Positions 28,571-34,131 of a DNA stretch of 34,131 nucleotides are shown here, piece after piece. The stretch's first letter is position 1. The number at the start of each line of letters is the position of its first letter. The DNA is from an uncultured Methanosarcinaceae archaeon. Lineage in GTDB: Archaea; Halobacteriota; Methanosarcinia; Methanosarcinales; Methanosarcinaceae. The position numbers were made by a program, and so were the translations under genes. The notes beneath the pieces were generated by a model. It ran no database searches. It was not told where the DNA came from and saw only the letters and a list, made by a program, of their open reading frames with translations. The DNA lies in assembly GCA_963721455.1 (NCBI GenBank), contig CAVRJG010000047.1, positions 1-34,131 of the forward strand. The letters run 5' to 3'.

Positions 28571-30175
28571 ATGAAGTATATCGTAGTTACCGGTGGGGTG
28601 ATGAGCGGGCTTGGAAAGGGCATCACCATCGCATCCATTGGCAGAAACCTTAAAAATAAAGGTTATAAAGTTACGGCTATCAAGATCGACCCTTACATCA
28701 ATATTGATGCAGGCACCATGAGCCCCTATCAGCACGGGGAAGTCTTTGTGCTCAAGGACGGAGGTGAAGTTGACCTGGATCTTGGGAATTATGAGCGGTT
28801 CCTTGATACGGAACTTACAAGGGACCACAACCTCACCACAGGCAAGATTTACCAGGAAGTAATTTCCAAAGAGAGAAGAGGAGATTATCTCGGGAAAACC
28901 GTCCAGATTATTCCCCATGTTACAAACGAGATCAAAAACAGGATAAGGAAGGTTGCGGCCCGGAGCGGGGCTGATATCTGTCTTATTGAAATCGGAGGGA
29001 CTGTCGGGGATATTGAGAGCATGCCTTTCCTTGAGGCTGTACGCCAGATGCACAGGGAAGAGCCTTCCGAAAATATCGTATTTATTCATGTTACCCTGGT
29101 TATGGAAGACCTTCAGGGTGAGCAAAAAACCAAGCCTTCCCAGCATTCGGTAAAAGAACTCCGGGCGCTTGGTCTGAGCCCTGAAGTAATCGTTGCAAGG
29201 TCGAAGTCTCCTCTTCAAGAAAGTGCCAAGGAAAAGATCGCTCTCTTTTGTGACGTGCCCCAGGAACTGGTTATCAGCGCCCATGATGCCGACGATATTT
29301 ATGAAGTCCCTCTTGTGATCGAAGAGCAGGGATTGACCACCCAGCTCATGAAGCACCTGCAACTGGAATCAAGTGTCGAAAGCAGTGGGTGGAAGGATAT
29401 GGTCGCAAGGATGAAATCCACAACCGATAAGGTTAAACTGGCAATTGTCGGAAAATACACCAATCTTGAGGATTCTTACCTCAGCATCCTTGAGGCTGTC
29501 AAGCATGGGGGAATTGATAACGGGTGCAGGGTTGAGGTCAACATGGTTGAAGCCGAAACCCTGGAAGAAGACCCGGCAGAGGTTGAGAAGCTCCTGCAGT
29601 TTGACGGAATCCTTATTCCGGGTGGCTTTGGCGGGCGCGGGACTGAAGGCAAGATGATGGCAATCAAGTTTGCCAGGGAAAACGACATCCCGTTCCTTGG
29701 GATCTGCCTGGGCATGCAGCTTGCAGTCATCGAGTTTGCCAGAAATGTGGCTAACCTTGGAAAGGCAAACAGTACGGAGTTTGACGAAGACACTCCTTAC
29801 CCGGTAATTGATATCCTGCCGGAGCAGACCGGTGTTGCGGATATGGGCGGCACGATGCGCCTCGGGGACTATGAAGCCTTCCTCAAAGAAGGTTCTATTG
29901 CCTCAAAACTCTACGGAACCAATTACATTGTCGAGCGCCACCGCCACAGGTATGAGGTTAATCCGGAGTTCGTGGACAGGCTGGAATCCTTTGGCATTAT
30001 CTTTTCCGGCAAAAACAAGAACAGAATGGAGATTGCCGAGATTCCTGGAAAACGTTTCTTCTTTGGTTCCCAGTTCCATCCAGAGTTCAGGTCCAGACCG
30101 GGTAGGCCGTCTCCCCCGTTCAATGGTCTTGTCAGGGCAATGTGTGAATATAGGAAGGAAAAGGAAGGGCGGTAA
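28571..30175 (+). CDS. pyrG: CTP synthase
   Basis: [62 protein letters not shown] and QFHPEF. ATG 28571 is preferred over TTG 28556. Confidence 0.98.
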   Translation: MKYIVVTGGVMSGLGKGITIASIGRNLKNKGYKVTAIKIDPYINIDAGTMSPYQHGEVFVLKDGGEVDLDLGNYERFLDTELTRDHNLTTGKIYQEVISKERRGDYLGKTVQIIPHVTNEIKNRIRKVAARSGADICLIEIGGTVGDIESMPFLEAVRQMHREEPSENIVFIHVTLVMEDLQGEQKTKPSQHSVKELRALGLSPEVIVARSKSPLQESAKEKIALFCDVPQELVISAHDADDIYEVPLVIEEQGLTTQLMKHLQLESSVESSGWKDMVARMKSTTDKVKLAIVGKYTNLEDSYLSILEAVKHGGIDNGCRVEVNMVEAETLEEDPAEVEKLLQFDGILIPGGFGGRGTEGKMMAIKFARENDIPFLGICLGMQLAVIEFARNVANLGKANSTEFDEDTPYPVIDILPEQTGVADMGGTMRLGDYEAFLKEGSIASKLYGTNYIVERHRHRYEVNPEFVDRLESFGIIFSGKNKNRMEIAEIPGKRFFFGSQFHPEFRSRPGRPSPPFNGLVRAMCEYRKEKEGR

Positions 30176-30524
30176 TTCAGGTAAAAGTTATTTGAGGGAA
30201 TCTATCGTTTTTAATTCCCTTTTCATACTTTCTTCAATTCCCTTTTCAGATTTTTCTTTAATTCCCTTTTCATCATTTTTCTGCCTCTCTTAATCCTTAT
30301 TAACCCCATCGAGTCTAATCTGATCCCTGTAATATTCTGTACCGGATAAATTACACCTTTAATCTGACCTGACATTCCTGCTAAAGAATTTTCCTATCGC
30401 GGGAAACTGATAAATACTTTTAAAACTGAAAATGATGGATTACGCGATATCTATTGAGGCACTTCATTGCAGTAACGCCTGTAACAGATATTGTAACTTC
30501 ACAAAATTTATGAAGGTACGCACT

Positions 30525-30662
30525 ATGGCAATGTCTAAAAAAGATATGGATAAGAAGAAGATCGCTAAGAAAGAAAAGATGGGAGAGCTGGAAAAAATGG
30601 CTTCCGCAGGCAGCAAGGATGCAAGGAAGAAGCTTGCAAAGGAAATCAAGAAGAAAAAATAA
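30525..30662 (+). CDS. Small, very lysine-rich protein (45 aa)
   Basis: MAMSKKDMDKKKIAKKEK...KKLAKEIKKKK; purine-rich coding-like composition, followed by a T-tract. Confidence 0.65.
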   Translation: MAMSKKDMDKKKIAKKEKMGELEKMASAGSKDARKKLAKEIKKKK

Positions 30663-30937
30663 TTCCCGAATAAGTGTTTCTTTTCTATATAGCGTGTGAG
30701 AAGATCCGGGGATTATTCACCCCGATCCCACCAATTTTTATTTAAAAAATCGTACTCTATCTTTTGAACCTTTACTCTTCTTTTGAGGTCTCAGGACTTT
30801 TTACCATAACAATAGATTAATTTATCACTTTAAGTTTTAATCTCTTAAAAGATACTTACTGTAATTACTATATCTTAAATTTTATTTTTACTAAGTTTTA
30901 TATACTTGAAAAGACGGAATAACTTCAGGTGATTATT

Positions 30938-31510
30938 ATGGAGACCATAAGTTTTTCAGATGCTTTTAAGTATCCGTTCAAAACTCCAAAAAGACTTCTC
31001 TATGCACTCTGGTTGATCATTCCGATTCTGGGGTGGTTTGCACTCTTCGGTTATATCGTAAGGCTGGTTAATGAGTTTGTCGAGGGCAGGTATGAAGGGC
31101 TTATAAAACTCGATTTTATGGAAGACCTGAAGCTCGGGTTCATAACTTTCCTGAAGGCTCTTCCTTTCTATATCGCATATGTGGCTATATTGTTTGCAGC
31201 AACTTACGTCAATGAGACCCTGGGAAGCCTAGTGAACTTGCTGCTCGGTTTCTTTGTGGTTCCTATTCTTGTGGTTAACTTCTTCAGGAAGCAAACCATT
31301 GAGTCTTTCTTTGAGTTTCAATTGCTGGATATTGTCAGGAACAACCTTGGAGATTATGTCATAGCAGTACTGAAACAGTACGCTCTTGTTATTATCTTTG
31401 CATTCCTTTCAATTGTACTCGTGGGCATACCAGCCATGTTCTTTACAAATTCAATATTCATTGCAAACTTCTACGGAAGGCTTGTTGAACAAAAACGCAC
31501 CCTGACCTAA
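30938..31510 (+). CDS. DUF4013-like integral membrane protein
   Basis: DAFKYPF, IIPILGW..LFGY and four hydrophobic segments; ATG lies 5 nt after a GGTGA ribosome-binding site. Confidence 0.8.
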   Translation: METISFSDAFKYPFKTPKRLLYALWLIIPILGWFALFGYIVRLVNEFVEGRYEGLIKLDFMEDLKLGFITFLKALPFYIAYVAILFAATYVNETLGSLVNLLLGFFVVPILVVNFFRKQTIESFFEFQLLDIVRNNLGDYVIAVLKQYALVIIFAFLSIVLVGIPAMFFTNSIFIANFYGRLVEQKRTLT

Positions 31511-31681
31511 AAACCCAGCCTAAATATCCTCTGACAGTTTAACCCGGATAAATATCAGTTCCAGACCCGATTTTCCTGGCTGAATTACATTTTTATTTTA
31601 TTTCTCTTACAGGGTGCTATAGGGGGGCCTGTATGCGGCTTGCTTTGTAAATTTGATTTGGTGATCAAGAGGGTCTGTAAG

Positions 31682-32902
31682 ATGAGAGTTTGTAAATTAA
31701 AGATCGCTTTTATAGCTTTTACATTGATAATTATCCAATTATCTCTATTTTGTGGAGTCCATGTAGCCAGTGCCATTTCAAAAGAGCCGGAAATGGAGTC
31801 TTTAATCCGGAATCTTAGCGCTTCGGACTTAAATGTTAAAACAGATTCCGTAAAAGCCCTGGTTGAAATTGGAGAACCTGCAGTTGAACCTTTAATCCTG
31901 GCGCTTGGAGTTGAAGATCCGGAACTCCGGGAGAACGCAGCCGTAACCTTAGGTAAGATAAAGGACGAAAGAGCCGTCGAACCGCTTATCGGACTGCTTA
32001 CGGACGAAGAGTGGGAAGTCGAACAAGCTGGAAACAATGCCCTTATTGCAATCGGAAAACCTGCCGTAGAGCCCCTTATTAAGATTTTACAGGATGAAAA
32101 CGAAAATGTTTTTCTCCAGAGAGAGGCAGTTCAAGTCCTTGCCGGAATCGGAGACGAGAGAGCAATACAGCCCATGATCCAGGCACTAAAAGAAGAGCCG
32201 GAGCTTGATGCAGATCTGGGTTATTTTCTGGGTCTGATGGGGGAGCCTGCCGTGGAACCTTTGATCCGGGCCCTCGGTGACGAAGATCCGAACGTCCGGG
32301 TGCGCGCGGCTGAAGCTCTCGGTAGAATCGGGGATAAGCGCGCAGTTGGACCGCTCACAGATGCTCTAAACGATGAAAATGAAATGGTCCGGACATTTTC
32401 AAAACTAGGGCTTAAAAGCATTGGATCTCAACGCGAAAATACGTTAATTGCCACTTATGGAAAAGAAGGCGAGTTCTATATCGAAGATCAGAGGCGAGAA
32501 TGGTACGATCAACTCGATACAATCTGTAAACTTGCAGGAAACGATATGGAACCTTATAAGTATCCGGAGGGGCCGGTAATAAGCTATGGCTGGGGCATTG
32601 AGAATTGTATAGGAGTAGGAATTCTGGAAGGCTCGGAAGTTAATAATTCTACTCTTGACAATATTTACGGTGTATTTGACATGATGGGAAAAGAGATCGG
32701 AGTTAACGATGTGCCTGTTGTATTCCGTTATGAAGGATCCGTTCAAACGGAAACTGCACAGGAAGTATCAGAAGATATTGAAAAAAATAACGAAACAGAA
32801 AAAACAGATAAAGAACCGGAAGAAACTGACAAAACGGCCGGAGATCTGCGGAAGTCCACGCCTATTCCAGAGTTTAAGTTCGTTTTTTCATTGTTACCTT
32901 AA
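31682..32902 (+). CDS. Secreted HEAT-repeat (PBS lyase HEAT-like) protein with a PEF-CTERM-like tail truncated by an IS
   Basis: Signal-peptide-like N-terminus; repeats IGEPAVEPLI..L and VRVRAAEALGRIGD.RAV; ends STPIPEFKFVFSLL|P*, where the stop comes from the IS end. Confidence 0.85.
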   Translation: MRVCKLKIAFIAFTLIIIQLSLFCGVHVASAISKEPEMESLIRNLSASDLNVKTDSVKALVEIGEPAVEPLILALGVEDPELRENAAVTLGKIKDERAVEPLIGLLTDEEWEVEQAGNNALIAIGKPAVEPLIKILQDENENVFLQREAVQVLAGIGDERAIQPMIQALKEEPELDADLGYFLGLMGEPAVEPLIRALGDEDPNVRVRAAEALGRIGDKRAVGPLTDALNDENEMVRTFSKLGLKSIGSQRENTLIATYGKEGEFYIEDQRREWYDQLDTICKLAGNDMEPYKYPEGPVISYGWGIENCIGVGILEGSEVNNSTLDNIYGVFDMMGKEIGVNDVPVVFRYEGSVQTETAQEVSEDIEKNNETEKTDKEPEETDKTAGDLRKSTPIPEFKFVFSLLP

Positions 32903-33258
32903 TTTGACAGTATTCACTAATTGATATTGAAAATCTGTTCTATTTTTAGCTCAAATTAGTTTGACAGGAGGTTATGAATCCATCGAATTTTATAATAAAT
33001 TCTAGGGAATAGTGCCCATTTTTGCTACTATTAAGCTATTGATTTTATCAAAATTCGCAAAAATATGATTTTTGACCCCGTTTTTCAGGAATTTTATTGT
33101 AAGTGTCAAATTCATCAAGCTTTTTTTGATGAATTTTGTGGACTTATGCTTGATTTCCTCAAATTCATATCGCATCAGCGATATGAACAACTGAGCAATA
33201 AATCCTAAAGAGAACAGCTCCATAAATGCTATTATCTGACCAAACCCTTAACGGCTTA
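32897..33258 (-). mobile_element. Right-end portion of a second IS1634 copy (inverted), interrupted by IS630
   Basis: Near-identical reverse complement of ~24811-25171, starting with the inverted repeat CCTTAATTTGACAG; similarity stops at TA 33257-33258. Confidence 0.92.
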
Positions 33259-34131
33259 TAGTTTCCAACACAACTTATTACACATATTAATGCTTATATT
33301 CTTTTATGGTGGGGAAGGAACAAATTCCGATTGATCGAAATGTAACTCTCGCTGAGATCAACGTTTTAATCAAACACGAAAACAATTCAAGAGTGCTGAA
33401 GGCTCTATTTTGTCAAATTTAGGTATTTGGGAGACTCTGTTGAAGAAGCTGCTATTAAAGTTGGAGTGACTAAGAAAACAGGATATTACTGGCAGGATGA
33501 TTGGAATAAAGGCGGCTATGCCGCCTTAATACCAAATTTTAGTGGGGGAAGAAAGTCCAAGCTGACAGATGAGCAAATAGAAGAATTAAGAGCCTTGTTG
33601 GAAAATAAGGATTATTGGACTACCAGAGAAGTTTTGGAGCTAATAAAGGAAAAATATGGTGTAGAGTATTCACAGAAACAAATCGGAGTTATACTGCATA
33701 ATTTTAAAATGTATCACTCTAAACCATATACTCTTGACTACAGAAGGCCTGAAAACGCCGAAGAAATTTTAAAAAAAGTTAACCGAAGCAATTCCAGCAT
33801 ATATTGGTCCAGATGAGCAATATATCATAGGTTTTCTGGATGAATCTTCACCACAAACAAAGGCAAATACTCAACGGTTATGGTCATTCAAAAAACCTGT
33901 GATGATAAAAAATATGGATTATATAAAAGCAAATGCATTTGCATTTTATTCAATTAACGGTAGCAATCTCATCGATTTTATGGAAAGTTCAAAAGCAGAA
34001 AATGTATGTGAATTCCTGGAAAAAATTGTGAAACAGAATCCAGAGAAGAGAATAATTCTTGTTGTGGATAATTCAAGGTCACATCATGCTGATAAAACGA
34101 TAAGAAAAGCAAGAAAATTAAAAATAATGGC
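33259..34131 (+). mobile_element. IS630-family element (runs off the right edge)
   Basis: Inserted at a TA. The HTH ORF starts at ATG 33306, is frameshifted near 33400 and continues as 33427..; an A7 run at 33771-33777 joins it to a DDE frame (GFLDES, NTQRLWS, LVVDNSRSHH). Confidence 0.9.

Noticed and set aside
28544-29362. 272-aa antisense ORF
   Set aside because: Antisense shadow of the conserved pyrG.
23470-33258. Composite transposon or inversion bounded by the inverted IS1634 copies
   Set aside because: The first copy keeps its own TAGTAA duplication and the enclosed genes are housekeeping; the copies look like independent insertions.

Overview
Archaeal DNA, most likely Methanosarcina (judged from pyrG, the Trm112-like gene, a PEF-CTERM protein and the IS types). 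Positions 1-23414 hold a co-oriented extracellular contractile injection system (eCIS, Afp/PVC-like phage-tail) cluster that runs off the left edge. It encodes sheath, tube, tail-assembly chaperone, second tube, a long AT-rich protein, a tube-initiator/LysM protein, a split VgrG-like hub and spike, PAAR, gp25, two baseplate-J proteins, a P2 gpI-like tail protein, a repeat-rich fibre-like protein and a 941-aa DUF4157 cargo protein. The cargo carries a high-GC segment with a zinc-deaminase-like HAE...CxxxC motif followed by glycine-rich hydrophobic helices, so it is a candidate injected nucleic-acid deaminase toxin. The chaperone gene ends in G GGG GAA TAA and overlaps a start-less -1-frame ORF, which suggests a lambda gpG/gpGT-type programmed frameshift. 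Three structural genes carry seven single-base +1 frameshifts (sequencing error or decay). To the right are an IS1634 element interrupted by a 102-bp MITE, an IS701 element with a duplicated end, housekeeping genes (Trm112-like, pyrG, DUF4013, HEAT-repeat PEF-CTERM protein) and an IS630 nested in a second IS1634. Family names come from recognising motifs by eye; no searches were run.
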